In this document: positions 50,385-61,400 of the stretch, in pieces
How the letters are laid out: every line of letters begins with the position of its first letter
Position numbering within the stretch: the first letter of the stretch is position 1
Source of the DNA: Ostreococcus lucimarinus
Taxonomy: Eukaryota
Assembly: GCA_000092065.1 (NCBI GenBank)
Contig: CP000594.1
Direction: 5' to 3' (one strand)
DNA: 64,000 nt
Translations under genes and position numbers: made by a program
Notes under the pieces: model-generated
What the model was told of the DNA's origin: nothing
The model's database searches: none
Seen by the model: only the letters and a program-made list of their open reading frames with translations

Positions 50385-50695
50385 ATATATCACATAAGAA
50401 AAGAATTCTTTAAGCCGTGTTTTTCCTGGTCACATCGGCGCGATGACTGATTTTCAAGTTTTTCAACAGCCTGGAAAAGCACGCCAGCGCGCCCCACTGG
50501 TCAACGTTTTGCCACTTTTTCGACGAGATCGGGGTACTGCAAAGCACACGGCGAAGACCCGAGAGATCAGCAGATCGACGAACTCCGCAGTGAGCTCAGT
50601 GACATCGTGTCAAGACTGGAGGCGGTGGAGAGCGCCTAATCATCGTTTTTCTATATCGCGCCATTCGTGGACAACAAAATATACGTCCACATATA

Positions 50696-51691
50696 TTAAC
50701 TCCCCGTGCTTGCCTCGTCCAAATTGGCATCGCCCATGCGCCGTCGAAGCGAAGACGTGTCATCTCCCGAACCACTGAGCGCCTTTAGCGCGCCCTCTAC
50801 GCCACGAAGCGCGCTGTAAAGAAGGTCTTGGGCGCCAACTTTGTTGTACCAATCTTGGAAGCTTTTGCACGCACAAAATTGCTTCTCAGGTCCCCATTCA
50901 GGCTGCCACTTTGGTACGTTACACTGACCATAACCATCATAGTTAACGTATCCATCAACGCTGAGGTTACTGCCATCGCAGCCAATGACACCCACAGGAT
51001 GAACAATGAAGCTACTTGAGCCACTTCGGTGGCCAACATACTGGGGTGGACATGACCCATAATTCCCACGATAATTCCACAGTGTGAGCCTCTGTTGTTC
51101 CATTTTCGCCTCGTAGCTGCGCAACGCATCGCTCAACTCCTCGAGGTTGCGTTCCAAAGATACACTAGTCCTTTTTCTTTTGTGTTGCTGGAGTTGTTCA
51201 GAGGCGTGTTCTTTTATGTCGGCAATTTTATCGGGCAAGCCTTTCAAATCTGCGATAACCGCATCCACATCGGCGCACATCGCGTTCAATGAATTGTCTT
51301 TCTCTTTTAATTTCGCACGAGTGTCCTCGATGTGCTGCGGGATAACCGACCGTCGCGTTTCGGAGATATTCTCGTCTTGTAGCTGCGCTTCCAGAACTCG
51401 GATATCTTTATCGATGCGCTCTACGGTGCGAAGATAACTCGCCCGTAAGAGGCGCTTGAACTCCTCGAGGCCGTCGGGCGTCGGTTTGTCATACTCGTCT
51501 CGTGATCTGGCGAATTTCTCGTAGCATGGGTCCTTGAAGAATGGCTTGTTCTTGTACGAGCGCTCGAGATCATCCTCCGCTGTTTTGACCGCCTCTGACT
51601 CCGCCGTGCCGTTCATCCAGTCCGGTTGCAGCGACGGGTCTAATGAGTTCGTTCTCCATGTCGGTGAGGCGTGCGCGACTGAATCGGTCAT
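50696..51691 (-). CDS. Hypothetical cytosolic coiled-coil protein with a C-terminal Cys/Trp-rich domain
   Basis: The track ORF starts at TTG 51769. The first ATG is ~51691 (MTDSVAHASPTWRT…). No signal peptide. Confidence 0.35.
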   Translation of the reverse strand: MTDSVAHASPTWRTNSLDPSLQPDWMNGTAESEAVKTAEDDLERSYKNKPFFKDPCYEKFARSRDEYDKPTPDGLEEFKRLLRASYLRTVERIDKDIRVLEAQLQDENISETRRSVIPQHIEDTRAKLKEKDNSLNAMCADVDAVIADLKGLPDKIADIKEHASEQLQQHKRKRTSVSLERNLEELSDALRSYEAKMEQQRLTLWNYRGNYGSCPPQYVGHRSGSSSFIVHPVGVIGCDGSNLSVDGYVNYDGYGQCNVPKWQPEWGPEKQFCACKSFQDWYNKVGAQDLLYSALRGVEGALKALSGSGDDTSSLRRRMGDANLDEASTGS

Positions 51692-51719
51692 CGCGTGCGT
51701 CGATGAGTGGCGCCGACAC

Positions 51720-51751
<32 letters not shown>

Positions 51752-51753
51752 GC

Positions 51754-51759
<6 letters not shown>

Positions 51760-51786
<27 letters not shown>

Positions 51787-52130
51787 TTGTCGATTTTTAA
51801 CACGTTTACAGTGGAACCTCTGCGGTTTTTGACGCCTAAACCCTAATTTCTAAACCCTAATGTGTAAATACGAGTACGACGTTTCATTAACCCATACGAG
51901 TACCCCCGAACGACGAGTCGTGACTCATACGGTAAAAATATCACGTCCCGCCGGTCCGGTCCCCATATACTATGGAATTTATGCTATTCAGCCCGCGCAA
52001 ACAGTCGGGTAGATTACTGTACAGTAATCTACCCGTATCTTACTGTACAGTAATCTGTGCGCGGAATCAGTAATCTGTACCCGGAATGACGCGGGATGTG
52101 GCGTAATCTATACCCGACATCCCGTGTTCT
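51760..52130. repeat. Composite repeat: interstitial telomere-like motifs (ctaaaccctagc; taaaccctaatttctaaaccctaatg), a copy of the 37.7-kb repeat, then palindromes gggtagattactgt|acagtaatctaccc (52029-52056) and ttactgtacagtaa
   Basis: Read directly. 51760-51792 is the reverse complement of 37835-37862. Confidence 0.75.
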
Positions 52131-52437
52131 GTACACTGTGGGGCTTCAGGCCGCCGAGTATGATTAAGCCTATTTTGCATCACAATTGTCGGTCTACTCT
52201 TAACATTTGGCGGACTCGCGTTACATGCTATTCTGATCGAGTGGAATTTTCCATAGTTATTGTCCGTATGTTGAACGGCCCTCTCTTAAGATTGGGTGCG
52301 CATCTGAAGCGAGGCTTCCAGGATCTGAACAGTCGTGTACAGGTGGTTCGGTTAACGGCGTCTTCTGTACCCTCAGGTGGCGAACTTCATCTCCAAGATA
52401 TCAGGTTTTTGTGCCAAAACACACTCACTTCTTCGAC

Positions 52438-55400
52438 TCAACGGCTTGATTCCAAGGTCGAGCCGTAATCATACGCTCGCGAGCCTACGAACACCGCATC
52501 GCACTCGTTTATTGGCGCGCGTCGCGACTTACGACGTACAATCGCCACAAACGCAACAAAGGTAAACATCGCAAGGTACAGAGTTAATGTGAAGGGTCGA
52601 GGCGCCCCCAATCTGGCTCTCGACTGTTGCACGGCGTTACATTCGCACAGTTCCAATGCCTTGCTTCGTTGCTCGGCATTTTTCCAGTTACGCGTGAAGC
52701 TGACATTAAAGTTTGCGACTCCACGAAACATTTCGTCGACGTTCGCGTCAGCGCTCAATACCCACGAATTCAGATCTTGATTGAAACTTTTGGCGAAAGC
52801 AAACATCCGATGAAAGCTCTTGACGTTGGAGACGTTCCAATCGCTTAGGTTTTGATTGAAATTTCGATTGTACGCGAACATTTCTGACATGTCCGTAGCA
52901 GACGCCGTGTTCCACGCACTGATGATGGTCGCCGCCGTCGATCCAACGCCATTCAGACTATCGTAATGTGTTTGAAATAGACTTCTGAAATTCCTCACCT
53001 CACTTGTATCCACCATGTTTAGAGGCCCAAATCTACAACAGTAGCTGTACTTCGAGAAATTCGACCCCATGCAGTTACTCCGAGCTGACTCTTGGCTTCG
53101 GCAGGAGCGTATCACTTGGTATAAACTCGAACGATCGCCACGAAGTGGTGATAAACCTTGCGCCGTACCAGAATACGCAAAGAGATCTATAAACTGTTGA
53201 TGATCGCTTCGGTGAGTATTGACTTGTTTTTCCTTGATATTTTCGGCAAATGACGGCGAACGATAGCTTGGATTCAGAAAGTAGGTGGAATGGAACATCC
53301 CGTAAGCGGTCGTAACCGAGGAAACATCCCACGTCCACTTTCGCAAATCGCGCGAGAATGCGCGCGCGCCATTGAACATGTATTGCATGTTCTGAACTTT
53401 TTTCACGTTCCATGACGACAAATCCTGATCAAAACTTGTCGCATATTGAAACATTTTCACCATCGTCCCGACTTGCGCGACATTCCAAGATCCGATTGAC
53501 GCGTTGAAGTCTCTCCGATTTTGGAAAAGTTCATTCATGTTCGTTACCCTACTGACATCCCACGTCTCCATGGTCCCAAACTGTAAGTCTCGACACATAC
53601 CTCCGACGGGATCGACTTCCAAACATTTATCTATGATATCATCGATGTTGTCGTTATCGATGTGCTCCATAACTTTGGTTTCAGCGATTTTCGGTTTCCA
53701 ATTGCACGGGGGGCCATGTCTCATGTTCGACTTGCTGATTGAGACGAGTTTGAAATCGAACGAGCTCCGTCTGCCTCTTGCATAGTGACTGAACCATTTG
53801 GTAACGCGAACTTCGTCCTTCAATGCGTACTTCACCTTCCACGCGGCGGCGTTCAGGAACATGTCACCCACGATTGGCTGCAGAACGGTCGATTGCGACG
53901 TTGCGTGCTGGGCGAGACAAACGTACTCGCCTCGAACGGCAGCTTCGCCGCGGCCCCAATTTGTAATGTCGGCATCAAACATCCAAGCGTCGTCAAACAT
54001 TTTATAAAAGTCTGTGACTGATCTCACGTTCCAATCCCCCAAGTCTCCGTTAAATTTATAGGCGTTGGAAAACATCTGGTTCATGTCTTCAACCTGGGCG
54101 ACGTTCCAAAGTTTCAAAGAGCCCCGGAATCGACGCGCGCCGTAGAACATGCGGAACATACTCGTGACTGAAGCAACGTTCCAGTTTTCGATATTGCCAT
54201 TGAAGTCGCGTGCGCCCGAGAAGGCTTCAGACATATCGAACACACCTGAAGTATTCCAGGTTGACATCGCGCCATACTTGGAGTCGACGCAAGCGCCATC
54301 AGTGGGATGTGTCTCCAAACATTTGCCGACGGCGTACAAGAAATTACCTTGATGTACTTCGGCGAAGGTTGATGAATTCGTTGAGTTCTTGCTCGTTGTA
54401 GGCACGGTGCACTTAGCTGGCGAAGCACGATTTGGTTTCTTCGCCAACCCAACACAGTCGACATCACCATATATGGCGTGGCGACCATATTTCCCGTCTT
54501 TGTCGCGCCCCCACTTGTAGCCAATTTTCGTATTGTATTCCAGGCAAGTGCGCGGCTTGCAGGTCCACTTCGACACGGGACCAGAGAGAGACCACGTTCT
54601 TCTACGTTCGTGGCCTTCGCGCGTGCATGCCTCAAGCCAGGCCGTCGCAAGACCAAACATATTGGCACTCCCCAACCTGTCCAGACTCGCGGAATCCCAC
54701 TTGGAGATATCTTGCGCAAACTTCGACGCGCCGTAAAACATCCCCTCCATATTGTACACGTTGCGTACGTCCCAATTGCCAATGTCTTGATTGAAACTCG
54801 AAGCGCCTTGAAACATGCGCAACATAAATGTTACGGAACTCACATCCCAAGCAGATATATCGCCATCGAACTGGTCTCTGCCCTTAAATGCCTCGCGCAT
54901 GTCGGTGACTCGGCTTACGTCCCAGCCAGACATACATCCGTGTCTAAATCCAGAGCAGTCTCCGTACTTTGGGTCTTCACTCAAGCATTCTTCAATCGCA
55001 TCATAGAAGACAGCATTTTCAATGTTTACGTGCTTTCGTTTCCAAACAATCGGTGGTCCATCACTTTTCCCTCCGACGGCGAGAGGATCGCGATAAAACT
55101 CCATTTGAAACTCCGTGATGCCGTCGAACATCTTCGTCGAAACTTCCAACGAAGCCGTCGACCAAGAAGTGACATCAGGAAAGTCTGGGACCACTACTCT
55201 GGAAAACATCTCGCGCATGTTTTTCACTTTTCGCACATTCCAGTGCGATATCTCTGATGGGATCTTTCCAAAGCGAACGCCCTTGAACATCATTTCCATA
55301 CTTGTAGCCGAACTCGTGTCCCATGAAGCAAATCCTGAAGGCAAGCGGGTAGTGCGATATCGCGATGAAAACATGCTCCTAAAGTTCGTTATACCAATGG

Positions 55401-58400
55401 TGCGCATGTTGGATACATCGCAGGTCGTCGACACGGGTGAATTCAAACCAGAAAACATGGAATCAGCATCGACGTTTGATCCGAAACTCCATGAGATGTT
55501 GACATCCGTGCACTCAGAACCCTTCATCATTGCCTTGATATCATTGGCAGAGTCTAGTTTCCACGCGCTCGCTTGACGAAGAATGGGTGGTTTTGAGAAA
55601 GCAAACGCGGATTGCATCTTCTGAACTCGTTTAGGATCCCATTTGCCAAGACCGTCGATGGCGTCGTGACCAATCCGAGCAAATGCAAGCTCCATGCTCT
55701 TCACATTCCTCACGTCCCAAGAACCAATATCGCCGATGCGTCCTTGATTTGTCATTTTGAAGAATATTCCGTCCATGTTGGTGACCGAGGAGACATCCCA
55801 ATGTTTGAACATATTGTGCCAATCACGCCCCAGACCACTGAAGGTGAACCGCATGCTCCGCACGCTACTTACATTCCACGCACCCAAGTTACCAAAAGTC
55901 GCTCCCGGTAGAATGACCACAGTGCGTGGAACATCTAATCTGAAACGCGTTTCGGAATGCGAAGATGCCTTCCATTCTCCCGTATCATTGAAATACCGTT
56001 CTCCATATCTGAAAATGTGGTAATTATAGCGCTGCATGAACATTGCATCCATGTTCACGACTGAACTCGTGTTCCACTGTGACAAGTCGCCCACGTCGCC
56101 TTCAAAATCCTCAAACATCGCACCCATGTCCGTCACGGAGCTCACGTCCCATCTCGACAGGTCACGTGAAAAGTTGGGCGCGTCCTTGTATGCAGCACCA
56201 AACTCTCCAGGGCTTGCTTGAAAGAATTTCCATCGCAAACATACGTAGCCGAACGTTCGGTAATGTCCCGGAAACGCGGCTTGGTCAAACTGAAAGTGGT
56301 TAACAGTACCAATTTTGAACGCGTACGACATGTCGGTTACTCGCGAGACATCCCATTCTGACATCGGCCCGTATCTCAATTCGCATGTCGTTAAATTCTT
56401 TCTGCATGCGATGATCGCGGTATAGAAATCATCATCTGTACGAGTCAAGTTGAGTGGTTTGGATACCAGAGCGCTCAAAAGTCGGCGTCCAAGTGGAAGC
56501 CGAACAGGATCGTCGATACTTTTACCCAAACGTGCGCTGACGCTCATCGCCGGCGACTTGGCGGAGGTGAGCTCCTCTTCGAGCCTTCGCAGCTTGGCCC
56601 GCAAACCTACAAGCCCTCGGTTCCTCGGATTGCGAGCCTCGATCCGCGCAATTTTTGTGCGGAGCTTTGTCATTTCCGGCGTCGGGCTCGGTGGCGGCGG
56701 GCTCGGACTTGTCGACGGCGTGTCGCCGAAGAGCTCCTCTTCGAGCCTTCGCAGCTTGGCCCGCAAACCTACAAGCCCTCGGTTCCTCGGATTGCGAGCC
56801 TCGATCCGCGCAATTTTTGTGCGAAGCTTTGTCATTTCCGGCGTCGGGCTCGGTGGCGGCGGGCTCGGACTTGTCGACGGCGTGTCGCCGAAGAGCTCCT
56901 CTTCGAGCCTTCGCAGCTTGGCCCGCAAACCTACAAGCCCTCGGTTCCTCGGATTGCGAGCCTCGATCCGCGCAATTTTTGTGCGGAGGTTTGTCATTTC
57001 CGGCGTCGGGCTCGGTGGCGGCGGGCTCGGACTTGGTGTAGTCGTCAGATAATCGATCGATGAGCTCGGCGATTGACTCGGACTCGGCGAGCTCTTCTCT
57101 TCGTCAGCGTCCTCCTCTTCGTCAGCATGTTCGACTTCGTCTTTGTCTGCCTCTTCGTCCTCCTCTTCGTCTGCATTGTAAGGCGATGGACTCGGACTCG
57201 GCGAGCTCTTCTCTTCGTCAGCGTCCTCCTCTTCGTCAGCATGTTCGACTTCGTCTTTGTCTGCCTCTTCGTCCTCCTCTTCGTCTGCATTGTAAGGCGA
57301 TGGACTCGGACTCGGCGAGCTCTTCTCTTCGTCAGCGTCCTCCTCTTCGTCAGCATCTTCGACTTCGTCTTTGTCTGCCTCTTCGTCCTCCTCTTCATCT
57401 GCATTGTAAGGCGATGGACTCGGACTCGGCGAGCTCTTCTCTTCGTCAGCGTCCTCCTCTTCGTCAGCATGTTCGACTTCGTCTTTGTCTGCCTCTTCGT
57501 CCTCCTCTTCGTCAGCATTGTAAGGCGATGGACTCGGACTCGGCGAGCTCTTCTCTTCGTCAGCGTCCTCCTCTTCGTCAGCATGTTCGACTTCGTCTTT
57601 GTCTACCTCTTCGTCCTCCTCTTCGTCAGCATTGTAAGGCGATGGACTCGGACTCGGCGCACTTGCTTGTGCGTCGATACCTGTATATTCTGGTTCATCG
57701 GATGGCGTGTAGTTCTGAAATGGTTCATACGAATCTGTGGTTGTATTCGTTTTACTCGACGCAGCACGATGACCGATGGTATCCGCGTCGACCTCAAAAC
57801 TAAAATTGCCATTAAGACGGAAACTGGACTCCTTAGAGTCAAGAATTGCTTGGTCGTCGTCACTCACGGATACTTTATCGAGAATTTTGAGCGAATGTAT
57901 CGTTGGTAGCGGAGCACCTAGTACACTGCGGCGTACGTCATGAAGACGATCGCGAGTGGACAGCAAACGACGGTGACTTGGGCTCGTGGCAGTACACATC
58001 TTGAACAGTTTCTCGTCGTGCAATGACGAATATAGTACCTTTTTGCTTCGGGCGAGCACATCAAAGCTTGAAGTAAGTAGCGCGTCTAAATGACTCGGTA
58101 TACCAACGCCCCTCACGGACGTTAACAATTCAAACGAAGAAGCTCGTGGCGGTAAACTTTTCAGCTTTTCACGCCTCGCCCACGGGAGAGGCTTGGCAAG
58201 GTCTACCATTTCTTCCTCACCGTCTTCATTTTCGCATTTCCCATCGTCGTCGTAGACGCACATTTGACAGGTTGTCTCGTTGATGCTTGCTACATACTTG
58301 AGCGGTAGTTCGGGCAGTACAATATTCTGTAAAAAGCCAGTCACGTTTCCCACGATACTCAAACCCTGCTCTGAATCGGGATATTTCCCCCAGAAATTGA

Positions 58401-61400
58401 GCACCGGTTTGACGTGAAGATCCAGAAGGGTCCCGAATCGACTCTTCACATCACGCGCACCGTGGAAATTACTCTTTGATCGGTTCACCATGGCGTACAA
58501 AGGCCGAAGCGCATCTGTTGGCTCGACAAGTCGAGTTTCACATTCACCCCATGCCGCGCGAATCAAATCTTCGTACACATACGTCACATCCGATGTGTTG
58601 AACCATTGGCGTTTGCAATTATGATTCAGCGTGTGCAGCATCCATTTTCGCGCTTCGATATCGCAGAACGGCCGAGTAACTTGAATGACATCCTCCATGA
58701 GAATTTTGTGTATCTCTGGGTCCTCTTTGCATTTTAATGTCATAGATACTGAGCGTATCATCTTGTAGAATGTGCTCGGGTAATACATCGCGTGTGGGCG
58801 AAATACGGCGTACACACGCTTGATGAGGGTTTGATTCGTGATTGACGCCACGTCGATGTGGTTAATGAGCGTCTCCCAAGCCTCGATGTTGTGTGGATTC
58901 GATTCTAACGCTGAGAGTAAAATCGCACCGACGCGATCGACAACTTGAGCGCCAGCATCCATGTACACGTTCTGGAACAAAAGCATCGCCAAGCGCGTCT
59001 CAACGTACGAATCCAACCCTTTGCTTACCGCTCTTGAAAGTGCACGGACATGGTCGACGGAAACGATGGCATTCTTCTTCACACCTGGCGCGTTACGATG
59101 TTCCAAAATACTCAACGTCGTTCTCGCAAACGTCGAGTTGGTGGGCCAATGCAGTGGTACCGTACGCCACAAGCGCGAGAGTTCATCAAATTTAAAGCTA
59201 ATACCTCCAGGAATGGCTCCCCTCTTTTTGGAAACTTTCGTCGGGATCCCGAGACATGTTTGCATACCGATGGACAGATAAGCGATCATCGCGGCGTCAC
59301 CGCCGTCTTGAGCGATCCGTGGAAGAGAATTCGGGTGCCAGTTTGACGCCTTGCATAGAGTTTCCGCGCGTTCGGTGACGTTTGCGTGATTCAACCTCAA
59401 CCAAGTTGTATTGAGATTCCTTCTGCTGGCAATGTGCATGCATTCACTCGTTGGAAAGTGCGCACCAGCGTGCATGGCTACGACTGGCCACGGAATTCGA
59501 CCAAAATTCATCGCTCCGTTGACGTTTGCATTCAACGTGCTGTGCATGTAGTGAATTGCCTGGAGCGGACTCGGATTCAATTCTCGACTTCCTGGCATGG
59601 CCAATGTCCCATTTATGAGCTTCTTCCTGATTTCACAGACATCGCCGACTTCTTCATCCCGAGACTGATCCAAAAGCGTTGAAGTAGAGTCTGCGATGAA
59701 ATTCATATGACGATAATTGAAAGCTGTCGCAAGGATAGCATCGGATATGTTCGCGGCATCACCTCTAAAATAATTTGCCAAATATCGCACGTGATCCAAC
59801 GCTTTCATGTGCGTCGGCATCGTTAGACTATAAAGTGCTTTTCGAAACGAAACGCCTTGGCTTAACTTGGTGTGTTCTATCCATTCCCAAATAGGGTCGC
59901 TCTGCGGTATTCTCGTCAGCCGCTTGCTGAGACGCTCGTTGGATTCGAGAACTTGTTTTGAAAGCGCCTCACTCCAAGCACCCTTTGCATTTTGAACAGC
60001 AATCAAGAGCTCGTCTTGTGGAAACGCTGTGAGGAAACCACGACGCATAAATGTGTGCTCAGCAGAAATGTCCGAACGTGATAGAGAGGACAAATCAAAT
60101 TGAAGATGATGAATGAGCCGACACGTACCCGCGGCCGCAAACCCAATGAAGACGAATCCTGGGCACTTGGGCGTGTTCATACACAGAGAAGAGCACACAT
60201 CGACGGACACAGACACCGGCGACACTGGATAACTCGTCATCGTCATTTGCGGGAGGAGAACAAAATGAGTTGCAGCCGCTCGTCGCGCTGTGGTGTTCCA
60301 TGCGTGCGGTAAATCCATGATCGGTGTTGACCCTGAGACGCTGATTCTCGGCCGCGAGCCTTTAAACAGATTTGAGGAGCACCCTGTCTGTTGTTCCGAG
60401 GGTTTTGTCACGGGGTCGCAGACGACATCGCAATGCGCGTCTTCGTCATCCCTTCGAACACACTCTACGTCACGAATACGGATGCCGTTGATGCACGCGC
60501 CCCACGTAGTTTTCACGCGCCAGGACGCGCCTACACATCTGGGAATCTGAACATCGCAAGCGCCAGTTTCACCGCGTGTCCAACCATTCAAGCAGGTACA
60601 CTTGTAGTCGTAAGTCCAAGGTTTCGTGTCGTGATAATGTTTCTCACATGCGCCATTCGCGCACGACGTTGCGCCTCTTCTGGTTAAAGAGCAAGCTTGA
60701 GGAGGACACTCTTCACGCGTGTTGCAACTCCGAATACTTTCTGGCCTCGCGAGGGGACATAGAGCGCTTCTGGCGAGAGTCCCATTGGCATACGTACACG
60801 ATAACGATCTGACTTGAAAGGGCCGAGCGTCGTAGTCCAAAGTAGCACACTGTGCGCTGCACTCGCCATATGGCATACTGATCCAGTCAGCGTCGTCTCG
60901 TGGAGGCGGCGCGTAACATTCACGTTCGCGAAAATCTGTCATGATTACCCCGTCAGGTCGAGGGACAAAGCAACATCCATGATCTTCGCATACCAAAGCA
61001 CGAACTTCAGGGCTCGTGGAGCCCCGTCGATCATCGCTCTCGTAGCCAGCACACACCATTCTTCCGGAGTCTTGTCTACACTGCGCATCGCAATGGAAAT
61101 GATTACAGAATTCCTTTTCAGTAGGCTTTTCTGCGTGCGTACAGTGATCATCGGGCAGCGTTATATTTGTGCCTCTTTCGTCTTCGTGCGAGCACCAGAC
61201 CCTACGAATGCGCACTCCACCACCACACGATTTGGAACAAGAGGTAAAAGGGGAGGATTTCCAACGCACGAATTTGAGCTTTGTGAAGAAGCTTGACTGG
61301 ACGGAACTCACCACGAATTCGCGTAGGCCGTCGATCGTGACTGGGTGTTCGTACTCGACATTCGTGTACAACGTTGATCCAGATTCGCTCTCAATCGGCT

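Larger units (their letters stand above)
47160..50563 (-). mobile_element. Intact ~3.4-kb copy B of the selfish element. Order on the minus strand: 5'/promoter region (50563-50385), primase-helicase gene, 420-bp spacer, GIY-YIG gene, then a 3' flank with the ttgggg-ca-ccccaa inverted motif and the atcgacgttgat palindrome.
   Basis: It is collinear with the pieces of copy A and the 27.2-kb fragment. Both genes are complete here. Confidence 0.6.

Noticed and set aside
51760-51870. Telomere, considered because of the CCCTAAA / TTTAGGG motifs
   Set aside because: Only 1-3 interspersed units are embedded in unique sequence and flanked by genes. They are interstitial telomere-like motifs, not a chromosome end.
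56450-57909. Regularly spaced tandem repeats (120-bp x5, 162-bp x3) considered as a possible CRISPR-like array, plus the four ORFs overlapping them
   Set aside because: The repeats are in-frame coding repeats of the giant minus-strand gene (acidic and basic peptide units), with no unique spacers and a eukaryotic context. The overlapping ORFs are antisense or alternate-frame artefacts of the repeats.
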